Part shown: positions 27,301 to 41,200 of the stretch, one piece after another
Numbering within the stretch: position 1 is the first letter of the stretch
Layout of the letters: the number at the start of each line of letters is the position of its first letter
Source: Eremomyces bilateralis CBS 781.70
Taxonomy: Eukaryota
Direction: 5' to 3' (one strand)
DNA: 64,000 nucleotides
NCBI GenBank assembly: GCA_010015585.1
Contig: ML975154.1
Translations under genes and position numbers: made by a program
The notes under the pieces: model-generated
What the model was told of the DNA's origin: nothing
The model's database searches: none
Seen by the model: the letters and a program-made list of their open reading frames with translations, nothing else

Positions 27301-27686
27301 GAGGAGGGGGTTACGGATGGGGCAATGCGCGTGGATCAGAACGCTGGAGCGAGGCTGGAGGATGAGTTGGCGCTGGGGGCGAGCGAGGTGAATGATGCGG
27401 AGAAAGAGCGGATGCGGAGCATGATTGATGCGTTGCCGCTGGACAAGTAAGTTCTTTCTCGTGTCTACATGATGTGCAACGCTAACGGCTGTGAAGGTAT
27501 GAGATCGTGGCGGAAGACAAGGATTGGAAGGAGGCGGAGCATCAGGTGCGCAGTGTGCAGACGAAGGGGGGAAAGTCGTCGACAGTTAGCGTACGGAGCA
27601 CGAAGACGGTGAGTGGGAAGCGGAAGGGGGAGGATGAGGGGAAGGGGCAGAAGGGGCAGAAGGATAAGAAGAAGCAGAGGAGGTGA
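24357..27686 (+). CDS. kre33: RNA cytidine acetyltransferase NAT10/Kre33
   Basis: Spliced N-terminus MVKKAIDSRIPTLIRNGIQEKKRSFFVVVGD. Motifs TAARGRGKSAALG, VIDEAAAIP, STINGYEGTGRSL, HYKNSPNDLQ and RIATNPEYTNMGYGSRAL. Last exon ends in TGA at 27684-27686. Confidence 0.97.
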
Positions 27687-27920
27687 TCTAGAATCAGTGA
27701 GGGTAGTTGGTGGTGTTGGCCATGCGGTTGGAGGTGGCTATTCTTACCGCTGCGTTCGTGTTTAAGGGCATGGAAAGACTTGGAGTTCATGTACAGGGCC
27801 ATTGCGGCGAAAATTGGGTATATATTAGACAATCCGGATGCGAATGGAAATACTTCCACTGTACGAAGCACGAGGCCACCGAGAAACCGGGTCTATCATG
27901 GCGTATAACCTCCATAACGT

Positions 27921-29353
27921 TCAGCTCCCCCCCTCCCACGCCGCATCCAAATACGCCTCAATCTCCCCCATCACCTCCTCCAAAATCCTCACCTGCCCCT
28001 CCCGATATATCCTCGCATACCTCCCCCTCTCCTCCCTCTCCCCCTCCACCCCCCCATCCCACCGCCTAATCCCCTCCAACTTCCTCTCCACCATCCCAAA
28101 CAAGCCCACTAACGCATCCATCCTTACCCCCTCCTCCCCCTCCCCCGCCTGCATCCGCCCATACCGCACCTCCGCCTCCATGATCGCGAACAGGTCCGGC
28201 GGTACCCCGCGGAGGCAGGGGAGCGGACTGTCTTTGTAGCCTTTCACTGCATGGCTAGATCCGATAAGGGAGAAGCGCACGGATTCGGGGGTGAGGGTTG
28301 GACCGGGGAATCGCTCAGGGAGAGAGGCGCGGAGGAGCTCGTGCACGCCGGGGCGGATGCCGCCGAGTTGGACGGTGACTTCGTCGTAGGGGTTGTCTTC
28401 TAGGGCGAAGCCATAGCCGAGGAGTACTGTCCCGTCTTAGCATACACAGCCCGCCTCCATGACGATGCCAGAAAAAAACCAGTGCTTACATTTCTCGTTC
28501 GGAAACGGACCGAAGTGGTTATACACCTGGTCCCCGGGCTTCGGTGGCGATTCCGCCGCGATGGTCATCGCACCCGTGGCGTCGAAGTGCCAGTCTACGC
28601 GAGCAGTGGGGTGGTGGTTGAGGAGGTCGACCATAGGGAAGAGGAGGGGGAGAGGGTCGGGTTCGTTGCGGATGACACCGCGGGAGGTGATGGAGCGGGA
28701 GGAGAATATGGACATGGCCCAGTTGTAGAGGTCCCTGGGTGCGTTAGTGCGGGACTATGTTATATACAACAGAGGAGATCGGGATATCCGGATTATAGAG
28801 GGAGGAGTTACCAGGTAAATGGCGCCGTATCCACGCCTTTCTCCCCCAATACTCTCACCGCCCCCTCCCAATCCTCCCTCCACAACCGCCGTCTCACCCC
28901 CACCGCCGACGACTCCACGAACAGATCGAGATTCGTCCCCCGTAACCACATCCCCTCCCTCTCCCCATCCAACATCGGCGACGTCAGCCGCTCCACCGGG
29001 GGCAGGCAGTCGATATACGCCGCCCAGAACGACCCCTCCCCCGCGAGCTTCTGCTCCATCAGCAGGAACGCACCGACGGTGGTACGGTCGCTGGTGGAGA
29101 GGAGCTGGGAGGCGGCAGGGCTGGGGGTTTGGTGGACGTCGGGGTGGGAGGCGGCGTTGAGGTAGGAGAGGGTGAGGGATAGTGGACAGGTGACGATGGG
29201 GAAAGGTTCGGATGAGTCGTGGAGGGCGGAGACGGTGTCTTTTGCTATTACGTGGATGCCTTGCTCTTCACTGGTTTGCACCTGGACGTGTGGGTTAAGG
29301 TATCCGCCGTTGCTGGTGAACCATTGTAGGAACCGTTGGAGTTTGGCGTCCAT
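27921..29353 (-). CDS. SET-domain protein, Rubisco-LSMT/Rkm1-like family, 3 exons
   Basis: FLQWFTSNGG N-terminus, SFWAAYIDCLP, WAMSIFSSRS, LFPMVDLLNH and QVYNHFG..NEK|LLLGYGF. Confidence 0.88.
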
Positions 29354-30069
29354 TGTGGGTTTCTTAACTAATTGGAGGTTAATTGTTACCTGTATGTCAC
29401 TGTCATTGTCATATTGCCTGGTTTAATTGAATGTATTGGGATGGGGAATTATGAATGCGTGCTGTGGAAGAAATGGATGGTTCACTATCTTGACGTTCCC
29501 ATTCCTGAAGGCTCAGCAACGAATATTCAGCCATACATCTTAGTGATGAGAACTAAATGTTCGATGGCAATTTGAGCTCGGATACGCTAGTCAACTAAGC
29601 ATAGGATTTCTTAGTTCCTGGAGATGCCATTCGGAGAAGTTTGCCTGCCACGGAAGCGTTATAATTGCTATGGAAGTTAGGGTACTTAGCACTTAACTTA
29701 CCTAAGTTTTAACTAACTAAGTTAGCATCAGTATACATTTGATGCCGTTATTGAAAGTGTCGATATCTCTCATCGCAAGATCGAACTCAAAGGCTCGATC
29801 TTAATTCAACATGATCCATTCCATATATATCATACAAATGTGCTACGTCAAGCTCCATCTCCTAGGTCATGATCGTGCAACATCCGATCCAACAGTCTAG
29901 CATAAACGCCTTGAAAAGTGAAGAACGAACCCATTTCCGTCACACTAAACCCCGAAACGGCCTTGAAATGCGCAGTTACGCCATGCCAGCGATGTGCCGT
30001 GCTAGACGACGCTGACAGATGCTTGTGGAAGAGAAATGCCACCGCTAAATCTCCATCGTCAAACGAAAA

Positions 30070-32183
30070 TCATCTGGCCATCGTCACCTGACTCAAGCTG
30101 GATTTTCCTGGGCCTTGCTTCAACGATCGGATCTGCGCTTCCAACTTCCTTATCACCTCTTGCTCAGCCTGTACAAATATTAGCCATGCATCCAAACACT
30201 GAGGTAAAGACCCCCGAGAGAATCAAAGTAAAAGGAAACGTGAAAACATACCCTCAAAGCCTTCATATGCTCCCCTCTCGTATCCCGCATCATCCTCCTA
30301 AACTCATTCCTCAACACTGCCGTACTCGTTCCCTCCACCGGTCCCCCATTCCCCCCCGTCGCCCCCAACCACTTCACCCGCTCCTCGCTCAACTCCCGCT
30401 CCAACCCCCCGACCATATCCCGCAACCCATCCACCTGCCCCTCCAGCCCCTCCCGCTCCTTCTCCGCCTCCACCGTCGCCCGCGTCAGCTCCTCGAACTC
30501 CGCCAACGTCTCCGCCAACTCCGTCCGCAACGCCGCCTCTTTCTGCTTCGCTTCGCCGGAATGCGAGGCGGCGACTTCGGCGGCGCGTTGCGCGCGCGTG
30601 CCGTACGCTCCGTCTAGCTCCGCCCGCGCGATTGTTACGTCGGTTTGTAGGCGGACGACCTCGCCTTCGAGGCGCTCGATCTCGGATGACATGGATTGCG
30701 ACTCGGTGTCTTTGGCGGCGAGCGACGCTTCGGCGGTGTGCAGGTCCGAGAGGACGTCGTCGAGCTTCGTCTGGAGATCGGTCTGGGAGGCTTGGGAGGC
30801 TTGGAGGTGGGTGAGCTCGTGGCGGGATTGTTCGAGTTGCGAGAGGAGCTCGGCTTTCGAGGATTCGGATTGCGAGGTCGCTTGGTCGAGTTGCTGCTTG
30901 AGCGCGGTGACTTGCTCAGAGTCGGATTTCTCTTTCATCTCGCGCTGTTGCTGAATTTGGCGCTGAAGGATATTCTGCTGCTCTTTGAGTCGCGTGGACT
31001 GCGTGACGAGCCACTGGATTTTGGTCGAGAAGTGCGGAAGGGAGAATTCCGCGTCGACGGGATCGGACTCGTCGTCGGAGATGTCTTCGTTCGGGAGAGC
31101 GCGCTCGCGTCGGGCGTTCTTTTGCTGCCGCTGCTCGTCTTCCTCGCCCACGATGATCTGCCATAGTCCCTCCAGCGTGACCTGTAGTTTCTCCGCCTGT
31201 GCCAACTGCTCGTGGTTCCGTGACTTCTCGGAGTGCATCGACTGGTTTATCTCTCGCAATTGATCGAGTCCCCCTTCGAGAAAGTCGATCTGCTGCGATA
31301 GATCTTCCGTCGGGGGAGGCGCGTCCACCTCCTGTCGATTCTGCGCCAACGTCTCCCGCATCTTCTGATTCAGTTCCACCAACCGCTGCGTCGTCGCCGC
31401 GATCTCCTGCGTCTGTCGCAAGAACTGCTCGCTGCGCTCCGGCGTCACCGATCCATTCGCCCACCTCGGATCGCCGTTCAAATTCGTCGGATCCAGTAGA
31501 CTATCCAAATTGTCCGGCAGGCGGTAGAAACTCCTTACATCGAACGCCTCGTCAGGGAACATGCTCTTCCTCGTGTTCTCATACGCATAAATGCTCGCCG
31601 GGCTATCTGGCCGCCCATCCTCCCTCCCCATCGTCGAATCCCGTCCTCTCGTCCGCTTCTTCAGACCCGCATGCGTCATCTGTAGGATCCCCGCCGTGTG
31701 TTTCAATAACCGCCCCTGCACCTCCACCAGCCGTCCCTCCGCAAGATACAGCTCCCTCGCCACCTCCTCGCACTTCCGCTGCGCCGCCACCACCTCGTCC
31801 TCATCGTTCCCCTCCACCGGACTTCCCCCATTCGTATGCATCCTCCCGAAACTACTCGCCGCCTCCACCACCTTGCTCTCCAGCGCGAGCTTCCTCCGTA
31901 GCCCCTCAATCCGCGCCGTCAGCAGCTCCCGCTCCGACTTCAGCGCATCCACGTCCGCCACCGAGAGCACCTCGTACTCGCGCGAGTCGCCCAGTGCGGT
32001 CTCGACGAGGAGGTGCACGGCGACGGGGTCGTCGGGGGGGAGCTGGACGGAGTCGCGTGGGTTTGGGGCAGGGCGGGGGAGGGGAGGGAGGGATTTGCTG
32101 GTCGGGGGGGAGAGGGGGGAGGGGGTGTCGAGGAGGGTAGTGGTGGGGGGGAGGGTGTTTGCGGATCGGAACATGTTGAACAT
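30070..32183 (-). CDS. Coiled-coil protein with Uds1 (up-regulated during septation)-like domain
   Basis: GCCACC-ATG start. VHLLVETALGDSREYEVLS..RRKLALESKV..LLKHTAGILQMTH is followed by a long coiled coil and ARAELDGAYGTRAQRAAE. A short last exon follows an intron at ~30170-30250. Confidence 0.85.
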
Positions 32184-33406
32184 GGTGGCGGTAGGGGGGG
32201 TCGGTGGGAGGGTATGTGGGATTATAGGAACGGTAGTAGAAAGGATGTAGCACTACTGCTTGATCGCTGATAGTCTCCGCGCCTCGCCGGTCTGGGATAT
32301 CGATAGCGCTGTGTATTCTGAGTCGGATCTCGGAACTCTCGGTGATCGGTATGCCAACGTAGTCGAGTGGAGGTCGGTATGAGTTCGTCCCAGAGCTCGT
32401 GACTATTTCTCACCACCCGAGAGGACCGACAGTATCGACAACTCCCAAAAACCTCGCAGTAACGACAAGACCAGCAACCTCAATCAACCTCAAGTGTCGT
32501 GCACCCGTGCCGCAGCCTCAACTTCAGCGTGGCTCACAGCATCATGATCGCGATCGGACGGTGCTTCCGCCGTGGTTGTGTGACCGTGTATGAAAGTTCC
32601 CCGTCCGTTGAACGAGAGATTTATTAATAGTGGGTGACGAGTACGGGTAACGGGAACGGATGGAAGAAAGGGAGATTAGGGAGATTAGGAGTTCCCCATC
32701 TCTCCCTCAAATCTCAATTTCCGCCTTGGCCAGATTCGATGGCCTGCGTCGATCGGCGGCAAGGGTACATCTAGTCTCCTTTCCCCTGAGATCCGCCCCG
32801 ATCCGTACGTTAACGCTTCGTATCGCCATCAATGCAAGTCTTACGCCATAGCAGTCGGCATAGCATTATATAATCTGCATCGAATAATCAAGGAAGAGTA
32901 TATATCACAAAAATATAGTAGAGGGAGGTAAACAACCCCAGCACATCACAAACAACGATCGAGATGAGATTACTGCGACTTGCGCATATCTGACTGTCTG
33001 TCTGTCTCTCCCTCTTATCTCCGTCTGTGTTGCCTTATAAAATTCTATTCAAAGCGAAAGCTATTATCAATGTCTCCGAAGGATACGGTAGCTAGATACG
33101 ATGTGATCCGATCCGGTCCATTCCATTCCGCTGGTGTCCCAATGTCAAGTGATGAGCAGGGCATCTGGATGATGGCCGATGCCTCCATGCCAACCTTACG
33201 CCGTATGCATAGATGGATCGGGGATGAGTCGTCCGGGTAGGGTAAGGTAAGGTAAGAGAAGGGGAACGGAACCATCTGTCTGTTGGTCCTGCCAGACATC
33301 AATAAGCGCCAGTTGCACCGTCGACTCCGATCCGTGCTGTTTGTCGTTCGCAGGACTCCATCGGTTCGCAATGCAAGCAGAATCACCGTGCCCTCCCGCC
33401 TCTCCT

Positions 33407-35939
33407 TCATGGTCCCATCGCATCCGGCTTCTGTAAATAGTCCCTCCGCACATTCACGAACGCCCCAGCACCCCCATCGTCCGCGAGCATCGCCACCAAC
33501 GCTTCCGCCTGCCTCGACAGCCGATCCAGCGCCGCGGCGGAAGATTTGCCGAGGGAGACTGCGATTCGGGAAACGTTAGCCATGTCTACATGCCAGGCAG
33601 GAAGAACAATAGCAGCGGCAATCACAATAACAACGAGAACAATAGTAGCAACAATCGCAATCGCAACAATAACAAGGGAGAAAGAGAAGAAAACATACCC
33701 AAAACCGCCCCATTCAACTCCTCCGCCACCGGGCCCCTCCCCCCTTCTGCCATCAACTCCGCCACCGGACTCTCCCTCGGATCCGGATACGCAATCAACG
33801 CAAATGTATCGTCTAGCGCCCTTCTGACCTCCCTCCGTACATCCCCTTGAAACTCTGCCATCAACTGCTGCCCGTACCCGATCGTCTCGGAGAGCATCTG
33901 ATTATGGCTGACTTCGCGGGGGATGGCCGTGGAGGTCTCCGCGGATACGTCCATGGCGTCGGGATACAGGTCGGGGCCCGGACCGTTACGGCGGCGCCCA
34001 GACGCCGCGCGCGAGCCGTTGGGGGAGGCGCCGAGTTGTTCGTCAAGTTCCATTTGGTGATCGAAGACATCTTCGTAGGGGTCGGATGGGGTGTGGCCGT
34101 TGGAGGCGGCGGGGACCGCGCGGGGGACAGCGCGTTTGGAGGCGATGGGGGAGTCGTGCAGGTCGGCGCAGCGGCGGATCATCTCGATGAATTTGCGGCA
34201 TTTGAGCTTGAAGTAGATGTTTTCGTTGTCGCGGAGGACGGTGGGGAAATAGGTGTTGGTGAGTTTGAGGGCGCGGTCGATGTCGCCTTGGAGGATGGCG
34301 ATGCGGATTTCTGGGAGGTTAGATTGGGAAGGTTAGGGGTAGTGGTAGAAACGTACTTTGCCGGTTGATCGCATCCACGTCCTCCTCCGGCTCCAAGTTT
34401 TTCGTTGAAATCGCACTCCCTTCTGCGAGCGCTTGTGATTCCGTGCGTACCTCCGCAGCAAACGCTTTCGCCGTCTCCACGTATCCGTCGTGTGCAAGAT
34501 ATTGCGCCACCAACTGATGAATCAAAGCATCTTCGCCCAACGGGGGATTTAACCGCTCCACGCTCGTTTTGTTGATCTCCTCTTGGATGTGGCGTCGCTC
34601 TTTCTATGATTTGTGTCAGAAGTGCACCCAGCGCCGGAATTGGTATCACAGCGTGAATAGGATACGTACCTCGACCATGGAATCGATATCGAACACGAAA
34701 GGAGTCTGCCCAAAATTCACCCGCAAATGCTCACCGGGCTTTTTCATGCCAACCGAAGGGTATAACCGCTCATGTCTAATATCCTTGAACGCCGTGCCTA
34801 TATCATCGTCAGCCAACCCACCACCAACTCCATCCTTCTTTTTTTTTTAGAGGGAAGCCACTTACCAAGATACACCCCATTCTTCGTATAAAAAGCGCAG
34901 CCGGTCCGGAAATTCACGCCGCAGCCGATCACGTCGAGGGTAGAGTATTTCGGGCCGTATTCTTTGCCGGAGTGGGTGCAGCAGAACGCGTGCCCGTCGT
35001 CGCCATGGTACGCCCATGATTCGCTTTCCCAGCCGGGGAGTCGATTCAGCGTGACCCTGGGGCCTGAGAAACCGATCGCGATGGTGCTGTAAGAGAGAGG
35101 CGTCAGCAACGCTATCCCCAAATAAAACACACGTCTAGGGGAATACAAGAAACCCCAACGGACAAGGGAAAGAAGATAGAAGGAAAGAATAGAAGGGAAA
35201 TAGCACATACCCCTCCTTCCCCTTCGACAAAACCGTCACCTCAAAATACCCTATTCCCCCTTCCCTCACCATCGCCGCATCCGCCCGCACCGCCGCCGCC
35301 TCATCCGCACTCTTACTCATCCCCATAAACCGCACCTCCGTCCCCCCCGCCAACAATTCCAACCCAGGAAACCGATCGAACTCATTCCACCGCCGCGGCA
35401 ACGGCGCCGGGTTCTCGTCGCTGTAGCTCGCGGGGATGGAGGAGGAGGAGGGCGCGTGGCGTTCCAGGACGTCATGGGAGAGGCCGCGGTGGTGCGTGGG
35501 TTTGTTGAGGGAGGTGGTGGAGGCGCTGGTGGGGAGCGGGGTGGGCGCGGGGAGGGAGGGGGTGGTGTGGAGATTGCGGTGGTGGGCGCGGGTGAGCAAC
35601 TCGGCGTGGCGGGATCCGCGGAGGTAACTCGGGATGAAGAACGGAGGGTCGGGGGGGAGGGNNNNNNNNNNNNNNNNNNNNNNNNNNNNNNNNNNNNNNN
35701 NNNNNNNNNNNNNNNNNNNNNNNNNNNNNNNNNNNNNNNNNNNNNNNNNNNNNNNNNNNNNNNNNNNNNNNNNNNNNNNNNNNNNNNNNNNNNNNNNNNN
35801 NNNNNNNNNNNNNNNNNNNNNTGGGATTTGGGTTGGGTGGTATTGAGCGGGGGGCGTGGGAGGGGGTGCCGGAGACGACGGCAGCGTAGGTGGAGTCGCG
35901 GCGGTTGGAGGGGGCGTTGCGGGAGGGGGGGTTAGACAT
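33407..35939 (-). CDS. RanBP9/RanBP10-like protein (SPRY-LisH-CTLH-CRA; GID/CTLH complex), interrupted by an assembly gap
   Basis: SPRY motifs YFEVTV, RLPGWESESWAYHGDDG and DVIGCGVNF; LisH LVAQYLAHDGYVETAKAF; CTLH ILQGDIDRAL...FKLKCRKFIEMIR; CRA FALIAYPDP..VAEELNGAVL. Confidence 0.92.
35662..35821. other. Assembly gap (N run) inside the RanBP9/10-like gene
   Basis: 160 N characters. Confidence 1.
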
Positions 35940-37305
35940 GGTGTGTGGTGTGGTGGTGGTTTGGTTGGTCGTTGGATATATGTGGTGGTGGAGATTCGGA
36001 AGTTAGGTTTATATGCGGAGGGTGAGCGTCCTGGCAGAGTACAGAGCGGAGTCAGACGCTTGATGCCGTCACCGACGAAGGAACGCTATCGGCCGTGAAC
36101 GATCGGGTGCGATTAACTGATGACGGTGGTTCGTGAAGGCAGTCGGGCGGTAGATTAACGACTCTCCGACACCGAGTGCGGTGCGTTGGAACGGAGGAGA
36201 TCGGTCGGATGCATGCTCTCTATAGCTGGATGGACAGAACACCGGACGGTTGGGGGATTGGTAAGGAATATGGTGGGTGATGTGTTGGTGAAGCTCGGTG
36301 ATAGTGGTGGATGAGTGAGGATGGAGGTGACGGTGGAAGTGCTAGCAGTCAGTCGTAGCTTTCCATGGCCCACCACTCCACTACCACGACCTCCACCATG
36401 CAACCCACGCTCTTTATTGAACTGGACCACGCAGAGGCGGGGAGCATGAGTTGCCACTGAACGACGATATTGTACCACTTTTGGGATTCATCGATTCAGT
36501 ATTCACTTATTATTTGATTTCGAAATCACACACACCTCACATCCTCCCGGCATTTCGATGATTTCCGTGATCAGAATTACTTCTATTCAGTACCCTATAT
36601 ATTTTACACCGCCTTTAGAAAACTCCCGATGATGACTCCGAGTCGTGATGTGATTACACCCGAATGAATGCACCGGCCCTTTCGTCCGATTCCCGGCGAT
36701 AAAGCCCGAACAGTGTAGGGAAACCCATCCCAAAGTGAACCGCACCTCTTCACCGCTTCGCGCCCTTTGCGCCAGTCTAGCCTAGATCATAGAACCGTGT
36801 GAACGCCGTGAACAGAGTAGTTCCTGATGCACCCCAGTTCGCCTGAACAGAGGATGCCGGGCGATGCTGATATGCAGTAGGAAACAAGATAACCGTGAAA
36901 CTCCAGTGTCACCCATCCATGCTGTGATAAGGTATGCACAGGGATAAGACCATGGTGTCACCGTAGTATCGCTAATGTTATGAGGAAGAGGGTTATAGAA
37001 CCCCGTATGCGATGGATTGTAAGAAGGGACCGGTTGAGAGCCGATGGGAATGATGGACCGGAAATGTTGGAGATGTGTCGCTTGTAAGTGACGTATTCAT
37101 CTCGACTATTGTCCGGATGCGTATTGTGCAAATCTGCCTATTGTTAGATACGGACTCGTATGTGATGGTAGCCCAGCTTGATGCAGCACGACGGATGGAG
37201 ATGTGGAAACGTCGAAGGAGGTGCTCGTAGAGGGTGACGAAGACGATATAGATATCTCCGCGAGAGTCAATCACGTACCTTGAAGAACAACCATTCCAAA
37301 CTTCC

Positions 37306-38235
37306 TCACGCCGCAGCCACTGGAGCAGGTGAACTCGTAAACCCCCCAACCATTCCCGGCGTCTCCGCATTCGACCCACTCGTCCCATTCTCACTCTGCA
37401 CTACGCTCGCCATCTGCGCCTCCCCCTCCCCCTTCACCTCACTACTCGCATCGCTCTGCACCTCCCCGTTCGCATCCAAGTTCACCGCCTTCTTCGGCGC
37501 GCGCCACGTCGGCGCCTCCCACACGACGCCGGTGAAGCTCTTGACGGAGAAGCCTTTCCGCTCCCATTTGCGGCACGGCTTTCCGGTGCGGTCGAGGGCG
37601 CGGAGGCCGGCGTTGATGGCGCCTTGGTTGGCTTTGGGGCCGAGTTTGGGGCCGTGGGTTGTGGGAGTGGGGCCTTTGTAGATTTCGCCGTTGATGAGTT
37701 CGCCGCTGGAATGAGGGGTTAGTAATTGATGGATGAGTGGTGAAGGGTTAGGGAGGTGAGGTTGGAGGAGATGGGGAAGGACACCGATGTCTGCTGCTTT
37801 CGAGGGTGTCTCGTACGGTAATACCGCCATGAATACTTACATGCGTGGCTTCTTCTTCGGCCCTGGCCTACCTCGAGGCTTCGGCGCTCCATCCAGCGCA
37901 GCACTACTCCTCTTCGAACCGGGCTTCGGTCCCGGCATCCCCTTGCTCCGAGCCGCCTGCGCCGCGTCGTCCTCGCCGTTCGCAGCATTCGCATCGCCGT
38001 TCGTCGGAGCTGGCGTGCCGTTCGACTCGGATGAACCAGCTGCTTTGGCCTCCTCCTCGACGCTGCTGGGCGTCACTTCTTTAGTGGACAGGTCGGCGGA
38101 CGGCGACGACTTAGAGGTCGCCTCGGAGGACTTGTCGGATGGAAATCGATCGAGGAGCGAGGGGGGAAGGTGGAGGGTGATGAGCTTGGACTTGGACTTG
38201 CCCGAGGCGAGTTTGGTCGCGGTGGAGGGCGGCAT
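37306..38235 (-). CDS. ies4: INO80 complex subunit Ies4-like, 2 exons
   Basis: MPGPKPGSKR..KPRGRPGPKKKPR, intron at 37840-37706, then KLGPKANQGAINAGLRALDRTGKPCRKWERKGFSVKSFTGVVW. Confidence 0.88.
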
Positions 38236-41200
38236 GGCGGCGGGTTGGTCGATGATAAGTTGATTCTAGGATGGCGGACGATGAGGATTTACGGTGGTGA
38301 GGGTCGCGGACGGTGGTCGACGAGGGTTGGTCGGATGGGTGTCGTATCGTGAGGCGTGCGGCTCCAAACGGAGCGACGGGGTGTGGGCGTGGAATTTGTA
38401 GCGGGGAGTAGGCGATGGGTGCAGGATACGTGGGAAAGTGGTGAAGTGGTGATGGGAGGATGGGAAAGTGGTGCAGTGAGTTTTGCAGACGATGGATGGG
38501 ATGGATTCTGGTGGAAGTGATGAATGGATGATGGAAGGAGAGTGGAAATGGGATGGGTGGGCGTGTGCTGACAGTTGGGGGATGTTGGGGACATTTTCAT
38601 GGCGCGGATTTCCTTGCACGGCATTTTCAGTGGTTCAGTGGTTCTTTTGGTTGCGGTCGGGCGAGATTGAAGCGTCTGGAGCAGTTTCGGTGTGTGCAGA
38701 TTTCTGGGTGGTGTTGCTGAGAGGCCCTGACTTAGGAGTGACAGAGTGGGAATAATACCGTAGTGGATCATACCACTCCTTCCATACAATGCTGGCCATA
38801 CAAATGCAGCCAAATGCCTGTACGCTAGACTGCAAGCATCTAATTCCCCTCTCCCTGCATACACACTATTCCTATTGCGTACATGATATTCACGTGATTT
38901 CTCTTCTACAGCTTCATTTCTATTCCATACAATGTGATAGATGATAGATCATGGTGTAAAGTATTCTTCTGGAGAGTTTATTCTTCTCTTGCTATTATCC
39001 TCTCTTTACCACATCCTCTTCTCGTCGTACAGCTCAATAGCTTGTCTAACCGTGTTACAACTTTCAAGTCCATCATTGGATCAATCCCCCTAGCCGTAGT
39101 GCCCCGGACTCTCTCGTACCGTAGTCGATAATACCAATTTAATACCTTTTTAATCCCACTTGTGTTTGATCCATGAATCCATCCGATCATCCATCCAACG
39201 GGATTCATCATCCTCGGCCCCTTTTCTCTTTCCTTCGCTACCGATAGCTTCGTATCTTTGAAAGAATCCTAAAAGCAATCCACCTTCCGCCCTCGGTTCA
39301 TCATAATTGCCGTGCTTTGTCTGCATTCGCAATCCCACATTCCACCAGGCACGTATTGAGAAGTAGCGAATCCCAGAATCGCATGTAAAGAACTACTGAA
39401 CTACGGCTCGTTGACGATACATGGTGAATTATTATTGAATGACTTCGCATGGCCATCGCGATCGCCATTTGCTCATCTTTCCCGTTGATCTTTCCGTGTC
39501 CTCTTCGCCATCCGCCATCCTCCGTACATGTACATACAATCCGTAGAGTGGGGAGCTCCAAGATGATCTGGTGATGAAACCGATTTGATGGTTTGGCGTC
39601 CGCCTTCGCCGCCATGCAATCTTCAGTGCAACCACTGCCTTTGCCAATCCCCAACCACCTCACCACATGCATCCAAAATTTCAATTCCCCATAGTGTGAT
39701 CATTCCGCGGCTCAGTCACCGTTTTAACCGCCAACCGACCAGCGGCCGACCACGATCATCTATCTACCGAAACGATAAATCGCAGCGCAAGTGATGATCC
39801 CTAGCATTCGCCGCTAGAATCCCTTGCGTTTCACCACTTTCACGTCGATTGCTGGTCATTCATTATTCCTTCGCTTGATAAGGGATCCTGGACGCGATCC
39901 TCTATCCGAAAACGCGCTGAAACTAGAAATGCGACAAGCCATTTACGGATGGACGCGTGAGATCGATCGCCAGCTGACACCCCACAGACAGGAACTGCCG
40001 GAATACAGCTGAACTCGGTCATTACCTGCCATCAGCAGCGTCCCAAAAAAGTCGGCTAGAATTAAGACTTGTCACCGATTGATTCATCATCAGCCGACCA
40101 CGGAATGGTCCAGCAAACAGACGGAATCTCACGTCGCTTGCTGCTTACCAAATTGATGATCACAACATCAATGAGCTTGGGTGACTCAAGAGACTCCAAG
40201 CCACTCTCAAACACCTTTCAGCCATCGATGATTCCGCCGTTTGCTTCTCCGTTTGCCGCCCTTCACGAGTCAGCATCATGGACAATCCATCATGAAGAAG
40301 AGCTTAGTCGGACTCATCGCCGTGTATTTAACTATCGGCTCCTTTTTCTCCCTCATTTCAAATGAATGTTTCGTTTATAGTCAGTCTTTTTATGCCCTTC
40401 TATATCATAGTCAAGTCTATCAAAGTCTTTGTATATATCCGTATTGTGTGCATTGCCTTTCATCGTCCATGCTGGAGTATATCCAAGTACTCGTAGCTCG
40501 TTTACCGTTTCTGCAATTTCGAATTTTCCCCAACTAGAACTCACGGCTAGAATTCCCCCCGCTATGGAGAGCTCCTAGACATCCCGAACTGGAGGAATCC
40601 CGACTCTGGAATTCGAGCAAATGGCGGGCGACTTCGCCAGGACTCCTGCTCCGCAAACTTTCAGATGTTGGCTCCGAAATACCCATGAATACCTTCAGCG
40701 GCAACTTGGCATCAGTAGCTGCCAGAATGCCGTCTATGGCCCAGCTCACCAGCCACAGTATGGTCCAGAACGCCATCCCCTCCTATATTTGGTCTTAATT
40801 CATCAATGGAACATCACACGTGGGAAATTTCTGGGTGCTATGCTTTCAGGAACTCGCAGACATGAGCTGCAGAGTGAAGTTCCAGTTGCTTGCTTTAGTA
40901 TTACTCGTTCACCCCGATCAACCGCAGAAGTGGATTAGGAAGTGTTGCTACCTACGGGCACGGACATGGATATTCCTTTCGTCCCGGGCCTGATGGAAGC
41001 AATTCAAGCATCGACGCCCCCTACCATATCCAATTCACGACCCACTCTCTAAATTCAAGAAGAATCAGCCGTATATATCCTCCCCTGAATCGTTCTTCAG
41101 AATCATGGCGGTCATCCATGGATCTGCGTCGGGTCAATTCAGCTTGCTATTGATAGAGCTCGGTGACGATGCCTTGGCTTCTAAAGTATGGATAGAACTA

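Noticed and set aside
36500..36950. TGATGA/CTGA words suggesting a C/D snoRNA
   Set aside because: No terminal stem or recognisable rRNA guide sequence found.
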